Made by a program: the position numbers and the translations under genes | Assembly (NCBI GenBank): GCA_040880145.1 | Contig: JBBDIZ010000037.1 | Location: 1-56,483, forward strand | Direction of reading: 5' to 3' | DNA length: 56,483 nt | DNA from: Simkaniaceae bacterium | GTDB taxonomy: Bacteria; Chlamydiota; Chlamydiia; Chlamydiales; JAJFMI01 | Notes under the pieces: generated by a model | Database searches by the model: none | What the model saw: the letters and a program-made list of their open reading frames with translations, nothing else | What the model was told of the DNA's origin: nothing | In this document: piece after piece, positions 22,100-31,867 of the stretch | How positions within the stretch are numbered: position 1 is the stretch's first letter | How the letters are laid out: each line of letters starts with the position of its first letter

Positions 22100-22107
22100 T
22101 ATCTTCC

Positions 22108-22614
22108 TTAAGAATTTGAATCACTCTTTTGATTTAATAGTATTTGACGAGCCTCTTCGATTGATTCTTTGTGCATCGTGCACTTTGTTACATCCGTCAT
22201 ATTGTTATAGTATATATTTCCATATCGAATAGAAATAATATTGAGTTCAGCTTTGTCGATATCTGATCCATCTTCATTATTCAAAAATAGTGCTAAATAA
22301 AGGTGCTTGTCTTCTATTTTGTCAACTTTAAGATATTCACTATGTATAGGAGATTCATTAAATTTCTCCCGAAGTTTATCTACAAGATCAACGGCAACTT
22401 CACGGGCTCCATCAATCCCTAGTTTTTTATAGTAATTGAATTTGTATGACAAATGCTCTTTTCCTTTATAAAGTGACCCTCCAATGCAAACACATTGGAC
22501 ATGAAGCTCCTTTTGCACTTCGTTAATTACCCTAGCTTCTTCATTAACTCTTTCCGGTTTTTGACTTGGAAATATCGTCATTAATACAACAGATAAAATT
22601 TTTAGTTTAATCAT
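22108..22614 (-). CDS. Putative cognate Rhs immunity protein, proximal copy
   Basis: ATG directly abuts the Rhs stop codon; AT-rich; 168 aa. Confidence 0.75.
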   Translation of the reverse strand: MIKLKILSVVLMTIFPSQKPERVNEEARVINEVQKELHVQCVCIGGSLYKGKEHLSYKFNYYKKLGIDGAREVAVDLVDKLREKFNESPIHSEYLKVDKIEDKHLYLALFLNNEDGSDIDKAELNIISIRYGNIYYNNMTDVTKCTMHKESIEEARQILLNQKSDSNS

Positions 22615-25600
22615 TTAATCCTCATTAAATATAAAATCATAAATACTTTTTTGATATGTTTTGCTTTGGAAAGCATGGTCCCAATAGGGCTCACCCTCTG
22701 CTTTTAATACCTTTGTTATGCGAGGCCTCGATAAGTTATCTCTAGACTTAAACAGCCTCTGCATCCGCGGAACTGGATCAAAGCCATCTGTAATTACATT
22801 ATCAGCTTCTCTAGCCAACTCAGGCGGAATGAATTTAGCGCCTGCAATGGTTAGCGCCCTGATATAGTTACGATCTTCAGGCTTCATCATAGCTAGCAGG
22901 TTGTAAGTTTTTATAGCCCCTTGGCTGTGTCCAATTAAATTGATAGTAGTGTACCCCTCTAAGATCTTTGATTCCAAGAAGTTTTTAAATGCCAGTTCTC
23001 CTTCATTTATGTATCCCTTAAGACCCAAATAACTCTCATTTATGTCATTGGACTTAGCATGAGTTGGGTTGTATAAGCAATAGACATTATATCCGCCTGT
23101 TAGATCCGATAGGTATTCTGCATTTTTAACGCAGGTTTCATAAGGCGTGTTCATGCCGTTCACGTATGCATTAAGGATTTTTTTATCGGGAAAAGGCGGC
23201 CTGTCTAGGTCAAAGCAGGCTGATCTTTCGTAGTCGAGATAGGTGCTCGGCTCGGTTGAGTATGGAGGCTCAAAGCTCATATATTGTGTTCTAGGGTATC
23301 CATTTTCCATAGGGTCTAGGGTGGGGTAATGGAAAAGGTTAACAGAGTCTCCATTTGGGAGGCAAATGCTGGAGAGCCCATAGAGGTCGTAGTGGAGGCT
23401 AGGGTTATTGAGAGCAAAGGGGTAGAGATTCGGGACGGTTTCGAATCCTTTGGGGTCGGGGGTGAAAAAGCGGCCTGTTTGGGGATCGTAGTAGCGCCTG
23501 CCAAAGAAGTAAAGGTTGGCGTCTTCATCGTATCTCTTCGATTGGTAGCCCCAAGGCGCTGTGGGCGGGGAGCTCTCTCCAAATAGGGTGTAGCGGATGG
23601 GGGTTGTGATTTTTTTTGTTTTGGGGTTGTAAAGAGTTAAAAGGTTGCCAAAAATGGAGTGCAGGGGGAGATGGACTTTGCCGTCGATTTCGATGGCGAC
23701 GGCAGCCCCAATTTCAGCGCCGCGGCCTAGGCCGAGGACGCGGAGGTGTTTGAGGTGCTTTTCCTGCAGGGTGCCGATGTCGTCTTGTTCAACATAGAGG
23801 TAGTGCTCGTTTTCGATTGGGGTCTCTTTGCTTAGGCGGCGATGGTCGGCGTCGTAGGTGTAGCGTATGGCTTTGTTGGGGGTTTCAATTTGGATGAGTC
23901 GATTAAAGGCGTCGTAGGTATAGGTGGTGGTGGTGGTATCGGTTGTGAGCGTTTTGGGGTTGCCGTTTAGGTCGTAGGTATAGGCTCCTGTGGGTGTGTC
24001 TTGGATTTGATTGAGCTCGTCGAGGTGGTAGGGTTGCTCGTCTTTTTGGGTGCGGTTATAGTGGGCGTCGTAGGCATAGGTGTGCGGGTCTTGGCCTCTT
24101 TCTTCAATGAGTTGGTCGAGTGAGTCGTAGGAATAGTTCGTTGTTTGATAATCTCCATTGATTTGGAGAGTGCGCATCTCAAGGTTATCGGTTTGAGGGT
24201 TTCGGGTGTGCAGCTCCAACGTACAGGGGGTCACATGCTGGGTTTCATAGTTATGTTTATTATAACGGCGGTGGATGTGGCCAAGGCCCATTATGGCACT
24301 TTCTTCTATCGGGTTTAGGGAGAGATCGTAGGTGTCATAGGTGTGGGTGTAGCTCGCTTGCTTTAAACGGCGTGTAATTTTCCGTAGGAAATATCCATCG
24401 TAGGTGTATTCAATGCTTGTCTCATCCGGTAGCTGCACTTCGATGCGGCGGTCATAGGCGTCATATTTGTAATTTAGAGTGTAGCCGGTTCCAAGGGTCT
24501 CCGATAAAAGGTTGCCTCGAGGATCATAGCTGCGGATTGTGGTGAGCTCATTGACTGCATCAAAGATTTGGATGGGTTTGTCGTGCAGGTCATAGGTGTA
24601 GGTGTAATCAATGGTTCCGTCTGAGGAGTATTGGGTCTTTTTTCGATCTCTTTTATCGTAGGTTGTCTCGAGGATGCATCCATCGGGTTTGATGATTTCA
24701 AGGATTTGTCCATAGGGGGTGGATCTCATTTGGGTTGTGCGCTCATCAGGAGTGCCAAAGGCTTCTGTCAGAGCCGTTTTTTGGTTGTTTTCGTTATATG
24801 CCCAGAGGGTCTTGCGCAAGTGTTCGCCGAGATGGCTTGTCTGCATAAGACAGTTTCCATTGAGGTCATAGGTGTATTCTTCTTTTTGGAGCTGTTCTCC
24901 TTCTTCGCTTAAGCGCTTTTTAAGGGCGATTCGGCCCATCGTGTCGTAGATTTCGATTTCCTTGCGGCCAATGGAGTTGGTTGTAATCGTTTTTTCAACG
25001 AGTTGGTGGTGCTCGTTTAGCGCTTTTTTATATTCGATGGTTGTAGTTTGTTTCAATGGGCTGATCGTTTGGGCGAGTCTCCCTAACGCATCGTAGTGAT
25101 AGGTAGTTATGGCTTCTTGCCCATTAATGTATTTGGTTTCGGTCTCCTTTTTGCCTTGTTCGTTGTAGGTCATTTTTTTAAGAAATATGGTTTGACCTTG
25201 CTCATCTTCATCATATTCGACTAGGGGCCGATTCAGTAAATCATATTCTATAATATGAGTCTTTGAAAGCAGCTCGGGGGCGCTTATAACTTTTTGCTCA
25301 ACGCGTCCAAGGGTGTCGTATACATATTCTGTTTTAAGTGCATGGGGTTCCCTCTCACTGAGAATTCTTCCAATGGGGTCATAGGTAATTTGTTTATGAA
25401 GGCCGAATCGATTGACTTCGCCTATCTTTTCTTCTCTGTTATAGATGTTGTATTCCCGGGTTCCATCGGGGTAGTGTTTTTCCTTCAATTGCCCGAGGGG
25501 GGTATAGCTCATTAAGGTGGTGCGGCCTTCCCGATCTGTATGGGAGGTCACGCGTCCGGCTAGGTCATAGCTATATTTTTCAAGGGTTCGATCCGGATAG

Positions 25601-27903
25601 ATGATTTGCAAAGGTTTTCCAAATAGGTTGGGCAGTATCAAAATTTGATTGCCTAGAGCGTCGACTTTTTTTATAGTTTGAGAGAGGGCGTTGTGCTTTT
25701 CAACGAGGGTGGCTCTTTCAAGCTGATTTGTCTTTGCCGGGGTCTCAGGCATTATGATTTTCTCAATATTATCCAGGCCATCAAAGTGATAGTAGGTCCA
25801 GTGTCCTGTCGGGCTTTTCTGGGCTGTTTTTCGCGATTTTGTGTCGTAGCGTGTTTCGGTTTCAAGCATCTCTCCATCGGGGAGCTTTTTTTGCATTTTG
25901 ATGCATCGATTGACTCGGTCGTAAAAATAATTTGTGATAAGCCCAAAGCTTGTTTCTTCCTTTATTTTATTGCCGAGTCTGTCGTAGGTGTAGCTTGTTT
26001 TGTTGCCGAGGGGGTCTGTTTTTGAGGTTAGATGCCTGGCTTTATCATAGGTGTAGTAGAGGGTGTAGAGATGCTGGTTTTTACTGTCAAAGTGCTTTTC
26101 TTCTATGACTTGGCAGCAGTTGTTGTAAGTTCTCTCTTCCTTTTTTAATAGAATTTCTTCATTTCTAAATAGATCGAGGGCTTTACTTTCAATCGAGACC
26201 GGAAGGCCTTTTTGATAGCTGTAATCGGTGATCAGCCGCTTCGTGGCATCTTGAAGGTTGTCTTGATCCGTGTGGCTGCCATTATCTTCGATTTTTCGAA
26301 TGAGGTTATTCTCTTCATCATAATGATAGTAGTTTCTCTCTAAGATTTCTCCTTCATACAGGGTCAGTTTTGAGGTGATGTTGTCGGTTTGACCAAGATA
26401 AGTATAGCTATAAGAGATGCCATCGGGGGTTTGGTGGGTTTTGACTAGATGATTGGGGGTATAGGTGTAGGTTGTGATATAACTCGATTGATCTTGCGCT
26501 TTTATGACTTTTTTCGTCATGTTTCCATCGGTGTCATAGGCATAGATGAAGGTCGCAATGGGCTGGTTATGATCGAAAATCTCTTTTTTCTTCAAGCGTC
26601 CTGTTTCATCGTCCCAATGAAAGCTCTCTTTTCGTACTTCTTCTCCTTGGAAGTATCGTATGATTTGCTGCTCTCTTAGGTTCTTGTCGAAATAGTAGCG
26701 GGTGAGTTGGCCTTCTGAATTATAAACTTCCGTATAGCCCTTGTCTCGAATATCATTTTGAGGATCCGTTTTTGAAAAATGGTAAAAAAAGGTATGGATA
26801 CCAACTTCTTCTCCATTTTTTCCGGCGGGCGCTTTGATTTGCGCAACGCGGCCTATTCTCGAATCATAGGGCTCTTTTAAAATAACGGAGCTTTGATTGA
26901 ATTGATTGATGCCGTAGCGGTAGTATTCAACTCCAATGTATTGATTGCTTCCTTCAATTGTTCGAGCGCGGATATAGTGCTCTTCTTCATCTTTATAGTT
27001 TCCGTAAAAAAGGACTTCGTTGAGGCGGTCGCTTCGGATGATTCTTTTTAAAAAGGGTGTCTTTTTAGTTGCATCGATTGAGCATCGTTTTTCATTTCGC
27101 CTTTTGGAGGCTCTTGTTAGAAATTCGGGGAATGTTTTGTCAGTTGCTATGGTTTGTTTTTCATATTCATATTTATACTCGCGGTCATCGCTTGTTTTAA
27201 TCAAAAAGGATTTGTCTTTTCCATAAAAAATCTGAAGGGATGCGTACTCAATTTTTCCGGAGGGCGAGGTCGTAGCGATTTTGGTGGGTCTTCGTTTTTC
27301 ATCGTATTGATAGAAGATTTGATTGCCGTTTGGGAGAACTTCTCGAACAAGAATAAAACCTCGAACTGTCTCCGCATAAAAAGAGGATGATTTCTTTTTT
27401 TTAGATTCTTGGTGCCTTCCATAATATCTGACGCCGCCATTTGGCAGCTGCAGCTCGTAAATATTGTGTTCGGGCTCCCAATTAATCACCATTCGGCTTA
27501 GGTCGTATCTAGCTCCTTGGCGATTCGTCAGTCCAGGGTGGTTTTCTTCTAGCTTAGGCTTGAACTGTTTTTCGTCCTTCTCAAAGTAGAACTGGGCTCC
27601 GCTAGGAAGAAAGAGGCTTAACTGCTTCTCTTTTGTTTCGTAGTCAGTCTCTTCATCGAGAATGAGATGGGGGAAGTAATCAAACCCGCTCTTCGTTCGC
27701 ATCGTGTAGTTTCGTCTGAATTTAAGAGGCTCTTTGCCTTGAACGACAAGGTCCTCTTCTGAAATGTAATAACGTCCTGTAATGGCATTGACTGAGTTCT
27801 CGACGACAATCGATGATGATGATTCGAATGTCGCATTGAGAAAAGTTTGATCTGTATCTAATGAAAATAAAAAACAGGGAATAAGTAGATATGTCCAACG
27901 CAA
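22615..27903 (-). CDS. Rhs/YD-repeat polymorphic toxin with C-terminal alpha/beta-hydrolase (lipase-like) domain
   Basis: Many YxYD repeats; core end YFFGRRYYDPQTGRFFTPDPKG...NNPSLHYDLYGL; tip with LIGHSQG, DPVP, WDH; start set to TTG 27903 after AGGAGG. Confidence 0.92.
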   Translation of the reverse strand: MRWTYLLIPCFLFSLDTDQTFLNATFESSSSIVVENSVNAITGRYYISEEDLVVQGKEPLKFRRNYTMRTKSGFDYFPHLILDEETDYETKEKQLSLFLPSGAQFYFEKDEKQFKPKLEENHPGLTNRQGARYDLSRMVINWEPEHNIYELQLPNGGVRYYGRHQESKKKKSSSFYAETVRGFILVREVLPNGNQIFYQYDEKRRPTKIATTSPSGKIEYASLQIFYGKDKSFLIKTSDDREYKYEYEKQTIATDKTFPEFLTRASKRRNEKRCSIDATKKTPFLKRIIRSDRLNEVLFYGNYKDEEEHYIRARTIEGSNQYIGVEYYRYGINQFNQSSVILKEPYDSRIGRVAQIKAPAGKNGEEVGIHTFFYHFSKTDPQNDIRDKGYTEVYNSEGQLTRYYFDKNLREQQIIRYFQGEEVRKESFHWDDETGRLKKKEIFDHNQPIATFIYAYDTDGNMTKKVIKAQDQSSYITTYTYTPNHLVKTHQTPDGISYSYTYLGQTDNITSKLTLYEGEILERNYYHYDEENNLIRKIEDNGSHTDQDNLQDATKRLITDYSYQKGLPVSIESKALDLFRNEEILLKKEERTYNNCCQVIEEKHFDSKNQHLYTLYYTYDKARHLTSKTDPLGNKTSYTYDRLGNKIKEETSFGLITNYFYDRVNRCIKMQKKLPDGEMLETETRYDTKSRKTAQKSPTGHWTYYHFDGLDNIEKIIMPETPAKTNQLERATLVEKHNALSQTIKKVDALGNQILILPNLFGKPLQIIYPDRTLEKYSYDLAGRVTSHTDREGRTTLMSYTPLGQLKEKHYPDGTREYNIYNREEKIGEVNRFGLHKQITYDPIGRILSEREPHALKTEYVYDTLGRVEQKVISAPELLSKTHIIEYDLLNRPLVEYDEDEQGQTIFLKKMTYNEQGKKETETKYINGQEAITTYHYDALGRLAQTISPLKQTTTIEYKKALNEHHQLVEKTITTNSIGRKEIEIYDTMGRIALKKRLSEEGEQLQKEEYTYDLNGNCLMQTSHLGEHLRKTLWAYNENNQKTALTEAFGTPDERTTQMRSTPYGQILEIIKPDGCILETTYDKRDRKKTQYSSDGTIDYTYTYDLHDKPIQIFDAVNELTTIRSYDPRGNLLSETLGTGYTLNYKYDAYDRRIEVQLPDETSIEYTYDGYFLRKITRRLKQASYTHTYDTYDLSLNPIEESAIMGLGHIHRRYNKHNYETQHVTPCTLELHTRNPQTDNLEMRTLQINGDYQTTNYSYDSLDQLIEERGQDPHTYAYDAHYNRTQKDEQPYHLDELNQIQDTPTGAYTYDLNGNPKTLTTDTTTTTYTYDAFNRLIQIETPNKAIRYTYDADHRRLSKETPIENEHYLYVEQDDIGTLQEKHLKHLRVLGLGRGAEIGAAVAIEIDGKVHLPLHSIFGNLLTLYNPKTKKITTPIRYTLFGESSPPTAPWGYQSKRYDEDANLYFFGRRYYDPQTGRFFTPDPKGFETVPNLYPFALNNPSLHYDLYGLSSICLPNGDSVNLFHYPTLDPMENGYPRTQYMSFEPPYSTEPSTYLDYERSACFDLDRPPFPDKKILNAYVNGMNTPYETCVKNAEYLSDLTGGYNVYCLYNPTHAKSNDINESYLGLKGYINEGELAFKNFLESKILEGYTTINLIGHSQGAIKTYNLLAMMKPEDRNYIRALTIAGAKFIPPELAREADNVITDGFDPVPRMQRLFKSRDNLSRPRITKVLKAEGEPYWDHAFQSKTYQKSIYDFIFNED

Positions 27904-27971
27904 TTGAAACCTCCTAAATGTGTGCACAACCACTGAAACTTTGAAAGTTGTCAGAAGTAAAATTTTCATGC

Positions 27972-27999
27972 AGTATAGGTTAAATTACGATCTTGTCAA
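27972..27999 (-). promoter_or_regulatory. Sigma66/70-type promoter of the Rhs gene
   Basis: TTGACA-N16-TATACT. Confidence 0.7.
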
Positions 28000-28009
28000 T
28001 AAAGAAGTT

Positions 28010-28813
28010 TTAAAGAACTGAAAAAGGCAGTGTGTATCGAAAAACAAAGGTGTGTGCACACTTTGGGTAAGCTCTTGCATAAAGTCGGTATGCATATTCT
28101 AGAGAAGCCCTTCCCCAAATATCAAAAAGGTAGGTATAGCGTCCTCCAAGGTCGATGGAGCGATGATAGATATTTGCATACCCCCTTAAATGAGAGATAT
28201 TCACAGTGTGAATTCCCCCCATACCCATATAGCCTTTCGCAAATGCTCTGAAATGATGATGGTTTTCTCGGTTTCCCTCAAAGGCCAGCTCACTGTTAAG
28301 CCAGGGAGCCCCTCGATTCCCAATGCCAAGCCCCAAGTAGCCCCAGCCTCTTACAACCCAGTAATCGAGGTGGTCGACCTCTTTTCCAATCGCTGTTCCC
28401 ACTTCGATATTTGTTGTCGCATGATAGGGTGTGGAGGGGTCTTTTTGAAAGTGGTAAGGGACGACTCGTATGATTGTTCCCAATGTTAAACTCACAGGAT
28501 CCCCTTGAACGTCATCGAAAAAAAGGTAGCGGAGGTCTGCTGCTATTGATTGCATTCCAAAGGGGGTTTTACTCGTTGCAGCAAAATCTGCTTCGAGCTG
28601 TAAATCCCACCTCGGCCAGAAAGAGACTTGTAAATTCAGTCCCAAGGTATGGTCGTGCGAGCTGTAATGACTGGGATTTCGGGCATTTTGGACGGCTGGA
28701 TAATATCGATATTGGTAAGAGGGTGTGAGATAAAATTCCCACTGCTGACCAAAGTAGGGTTGCTGCTCTAAAGAGAATAAGGGAAGGGCAAATAGAGCTA
28801 AAAGCCACCTCAT
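28010..28813 (-). CDS. Exported protein, probable outer-membrane beta-barrel
   Basis: Signal peptide; alternating aromatic/Gly strands; C-terminal YTLPF. Confidence 0.55.
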   Translation of the reverse strand: MRWLLALFALPLFSLEQQPYFGQQWEFYLTPSYQYRYYPAVQNARNPSHYSSHDHTLGLNLQVSFWPRWDLQLEADFAATSKTPFGMQSIAADLRYLFFDDVQGDPVSLTLGTIIRVVPYHFQKDPSTPYHATTNIEVGTAIGKEVDHLDYWVVRGWGYLGLGIGNRGAPWLNSELAFEGNRENHHHFRAFAKGYMGMGGIHTVNISHLRGYANIYHRSIDLGGRYTYLFDIWGRASLEYAYRLYARAYPKCAHTFVFRYTLPFSVL

Positions 28814-29760
28814 TGAATTAATCCTTTTTCAACAAGATAGCGTTCAGCGTCTAAAGCTGCCATACATCCGGTTCCGGCGGCAGTAACCGCTTGGCGATAG
28901 AGATGATCTGCAACATCTCCGGCAGCAAAGATCCCTTCAACAGAGGTTTTTGTAGAAAATGGCTCCACTTTTAAGTATCCCGTTTGATCCATTTTAAGTT
29001 GCCCTTGAATAAATCCGGTATTAGGGGCATGCCCAATCGCAAAAAAAACACCGCCTGCATCGCGCTTTTTTTCTTCATTTGTCTTCAAGTCTTTTATTGT
29101 GACGCTATTGACAACGTTATCCCCTTCTATTTTTGTAATGACTTGGCTCCATAAAATCTCGATTTTGGGATTGTTTTTAGCGCGCTCTGCCATAATTTTT
29201 GATGCGCGTAATTCATCTCGTCTATGCACGATATAGACTTTGCTTGCAAATTTTGTCAAAAAAGTCGCTTCCTCTACAGCAGTATCTCCTCCGCCGATAA
29301 CGAATAATTCCTTATCTCGAAAGATCGGACTTGCTCCATCACAAACCGCGCAAGCTGTAACCCCCTTCTGCCAAAACTCTCCATCATTTGCCCCTGGTAT
29401 GTCTAGTCTTTTTGCTGTAGCCCCTGTTGCAATGATCACGCTATCTGCCTCAACTTCAGTCTTCGGGCCTTTAATTCGAAAAGGGGGTTTTGAAAAATCA
29501 ACTTCTTCAACATCTTCTGAAACAATTTTAGTCTCAAATCGCTCCGCTTGCTGACGGAATTTCTGCATCATCTCAGGACCCGTTATCCCTTCCGGAAAGC
29601 CTGGGTAATTCTCCACTTCTGTGGTTGTCATAAGCTGTCCGCCGGGTCCTGAAAAAAATCCTTCAAAAAGAAAAGGGTTTAGATTCGCACGCGCTGCATA
29701 AATTGCGGCTGTATAACCCGCAGGTCCGGATCCAATAATAACTAGCTTTTTCTTATCCAT
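28810..29760 (-). CDS. trxB: Thioredoxin reductase
   Basis: [35 protein letters not shown]. Confidence 0.98.
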   Translation of the reverse strand: MDKKKLVIIGSGPAGYTAAIYAARANLNPFLFEGFFSGPGGQLMTTTEVENYPGFPEGITGPEMMQKFRQQAERFETKIVSEDVEEVDFSKPPFRIKGPKTEVEADSVIIATGATAKRLDIPGANDGEFWQKGVTACAVCDGASPIFRDKELFVIGGGDTAVEEATFLTKFASKVYIVHRRDELRASKIMAERAKNNPKIEILWSQVITKIEGDNVVNSVTIKDLKTNEEKKRDAGGVFFAIGHAPNTGFIQGQLKMDQTGYLKVEPFSTKTSVEGIFAAGDVADHLYRQAVTAAGTGCMAALDAERYLVEKGLIQ

Positions 29761-29801
29761 ATATTTCTCCTGTTCGCGGTCTATTTTTCAAGAGGTCTCC
29801 C

Positions 29802-29826
29802 TTTAAATTCAACCCTTGAATTTAAA
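29802..29826. promoter_or_regulatory. Perfect 11-bp inverted repeat between divergent trxB and potA (operator candidate)
   Basis: TTTAAATTCAA-CCC-TTGAATTTAAA. Confidence 0.45.
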
Positions 29827-29899
29827 ATTTTTTTTAATAAATGAGATTTAATCGAAAAAAGGTTAGAATAGTTGCGAAAATAGAACGGTAGGTAAGGAT

Positions 29900-30991
29900 G
29901 TGAGAAGTATCCGTTTTAAAAATGTCACCAAATCTTACGGTGAAGGGCGTGTATTAAGTCAAATCAACCTTTCCATTCCCTCAGGAAAGTTTTTTGCTCT
30001 TTTAGGCCCGAGTGGTTGTGGTAAAACAACTCTTTTAAGGTTAATCGGTGGATTTGAAGAAGCGAATTCAGGTCAAATCTTTCTTGGAAATACCGATATC
30101 ACCCATCTCCCTATCAATGAACGTCGTATTCATATCGTTTTTCAAAATTATGCTTTATTTCCCCATCTCAACGTCTTTGACAATATTGCGTACTCACTGA
30201 AGATTCAAAGGCGTTCAAAAGAAGAGATTGAAAAAAGAGTTTTACGTATTTTACGAGCCTTTCATTTGGAAAAGATGCGGCATCGCTATCCAAAGGAACT
30301 TTCAGGGGGTCAGCAGCAGCGCGTTGCAATTGGGCGGGCAATCATCAATGAACCCGATGTCTTGCTCCTCGACGAACCCTTAGCTGCCCTCGATTACAAG
30401 CTTCGCGAAAGGATGCTAATCGAACTCATCGAGCTTCAGGATAAACTTAAAACAACTTTCGTTTATGTCACTCATGATCAATTTGAGGCCTTAACCGTTG
30501 CCGATCAGATGGCTATTATGAATGCTGATGGAGAAATCGAGCAAATCGGAACCCCTAAAGAAATTTATGAATTTCCCAATAGCTCGTTTGTAGCTAAATT
30601 TGTCGGTACTACAAATATTTTACAAGGCGTCTTGAGAAATATGGCTTTTGATCCGGAGGTTGATGTTCCCTCTCTCGGGTCTTTTAAGGTTTATTCTCCT
30701 CAAAAAAAGGGCTGGATGGAGAGTGGTCATGAAATTACAATGAGTTTGCGTCCAGAAAAGATTTTAATTTCAAAAAAACCTCAGGAAAATTTTTCAAATC
30801 GTTTAAAAGGCGTTGTTCTATCTATCGTCTACTATGGCCGCTCTACTCAGTATAATGTCCTTTTAAAAAATGGAATGAAATTGCAAGTTTTTGAACAAAA
30901 TGAAGAGCACTTTCCCCACGAGAATATCGATTATGACGATGAGGTCTATCTTCACTGGCAAAAAGAAAATGTGGTATTACTCCAAAGGTAG
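29900..30991 (+). CDS. potA: Spermidine/putrescine ABC transporter ATPase
   Basis: GPSGCGKTT, FQNYALFPH, LSGGQQQR, LLLDEP, TOBE-like tail. Confidence 0.9.
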   Translation: MRSIRFKNVTKSYGEGRVLSQINLSIPSGKFFALLGPSGCGKTTLLRLIGGFEEANSGQIFLGNTDITHLPINERRIHIVFQNYALFPHLNVFDNIAYSLKIQRRSKEEIEKRVLRILRAFHLEKMRHRYPKELSGGQQQRVAIGRAIINEPDVLLLDEPLAALDYKLRERMLIELIELQDKLKTTFVYVTHDQFEALTVADQMAIMNADGEIEQIGTPKEIYEFPNSSFVAKFVGTTNILQGVLRNMAFDPEVDVPSLGSFKVYSPQKKGWMESGHEITMSLRPEKILISKKPQENFSNRLKGVVLSIVYYGRSTQYNVLLKNGMKLQVFEQNEEHFPHENIDYDDEVYLHWQKENVVLLQR

Positions 30992-30997
30992 GTTGAG

Positions 30998-31867
30998 ATG
31001 GCAAGAGCCAATTTTTTCAAAAGAAATTTTCCATTTGCTCTTGGCTCGGGGCCCTTTGTTTGGCAAATCCTCTTTTTCTACGTCCCATTAATTCTCCTTC
31101 TAGTCTCAAGTGTCGTCAAACTTTCCTCTGATAGTCATTTAAGTACTTTGACTTTTGATCATTTTCGCCCTCTTTTTCGTGGAACCTATTTTAGAATTAT
31201 GATCAATTCTTTAATTATGGCGCTTTCTACGAGTGTGCTTTGTCTCTTTATCGCCTATCCGGTCGCCTACTTCATGGCATTTCGAGCCAAGAGATTCAAA
31301 AATCTTTTACTCTTTCTTCTCATTGTTCCTTTTTGGACAAATTTTCTTCTTCATGTCTATGCATGGTTTTTTGTACTGGAAAAAGAGGGTTTTTTAAATA
31401 ATTTCTTAATTAAATTCCACCTGATTTCAGAGCCTCTTCATTTTCTAAATTCTCTTTTTGCGGTCATGCTCATGATGATTTACTACTATCTTCCCTTTAT
31501 GACTCTCCCAATCTACTCTTCATTAGAACGTTTCGATCATCGCTTAATGGAGGCTTCCTTCGACCTTGGCGCAAGCTGGTGGGAGACTTTTAGAGGGATT
31601 ATGCTGCCTCTTTCCCTTCCCTCTATGAGAGCCGGCTTTTTTCTCGTTTTCATCCCCTCTTTTGGGGAGTTCGTCATTCCGGAGTTGATGGGAGGGGATC
31701 GCCATTATTTTGTAGGAAATGTCGTCTCTCAGTTCATTTTAGGAGATCGAACAGGCGGCATGGGCGCTGCATTCACCGTCATTAGCTCTCTAATATTGAT
31801 CGGTGCCTCATTATCGATTTTCTATCTCTTTAAACGACTTTCAAATTTTTTAATCAAGAGGACTTAA
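30998..31867 (+). CDS. potB: Polyamine ABC transporter permease
   Basis: AYPVAY, PFWTNFL, EASFDLGA. Confidence 0.88.
   Translation: MARANFFKRNFPFALGSGPFVWQILFFYVPLILLLVSSVVKLSSDSHLSTLTFDHFRPLFRGTYFRIMINSLIMALSTSVLCLFIAYPVAYFMAFRAKRFKNLLLFLLIVPFWTNFLLHVYAWFFVLEKEGFLNNFLIKFHLISEPLHFLNSLFAVMLMMIYYYLPFMTLPIYSSLERFDHRLMEASFDLGASWWETFRGIMLPLSLPSMRAGFFLVFIPSFGEFVIPELMGGDRHYFVGNVVSQFILGDRTGGMGAAFTVISSLILIGASLSIFYLFKRLSNFLIKRT

Larger units (their letters stand above)
21593..22615. repeat. Tandem duplication, 515-bp period
   Basis: 21766-22100 identical by eye to 22281-22615; remainder divergent. Confidence 0.95.

Noticed and set aside
21593-22615. DGR-type template/variable repeat explanation for the duplicated genes
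   Set aside because: Differences are not adenine-specific (G/C changes occur), both copies are whole genes, and no reverse transcriptase is in the window
23316-27836. Many short ORFs overlapping the Rhs gene (likewise gyrA, gyrB, bamA)
   Set aside because: Shadow ORFs in alternative frames or antisense to well-supported genes
27904-27969. ATG 27969 as the Rhs start
   Set aside because: It lies 2 nt from the -10 box, upstream of the expected transcription start; AGGAGG precedes TTG 27903
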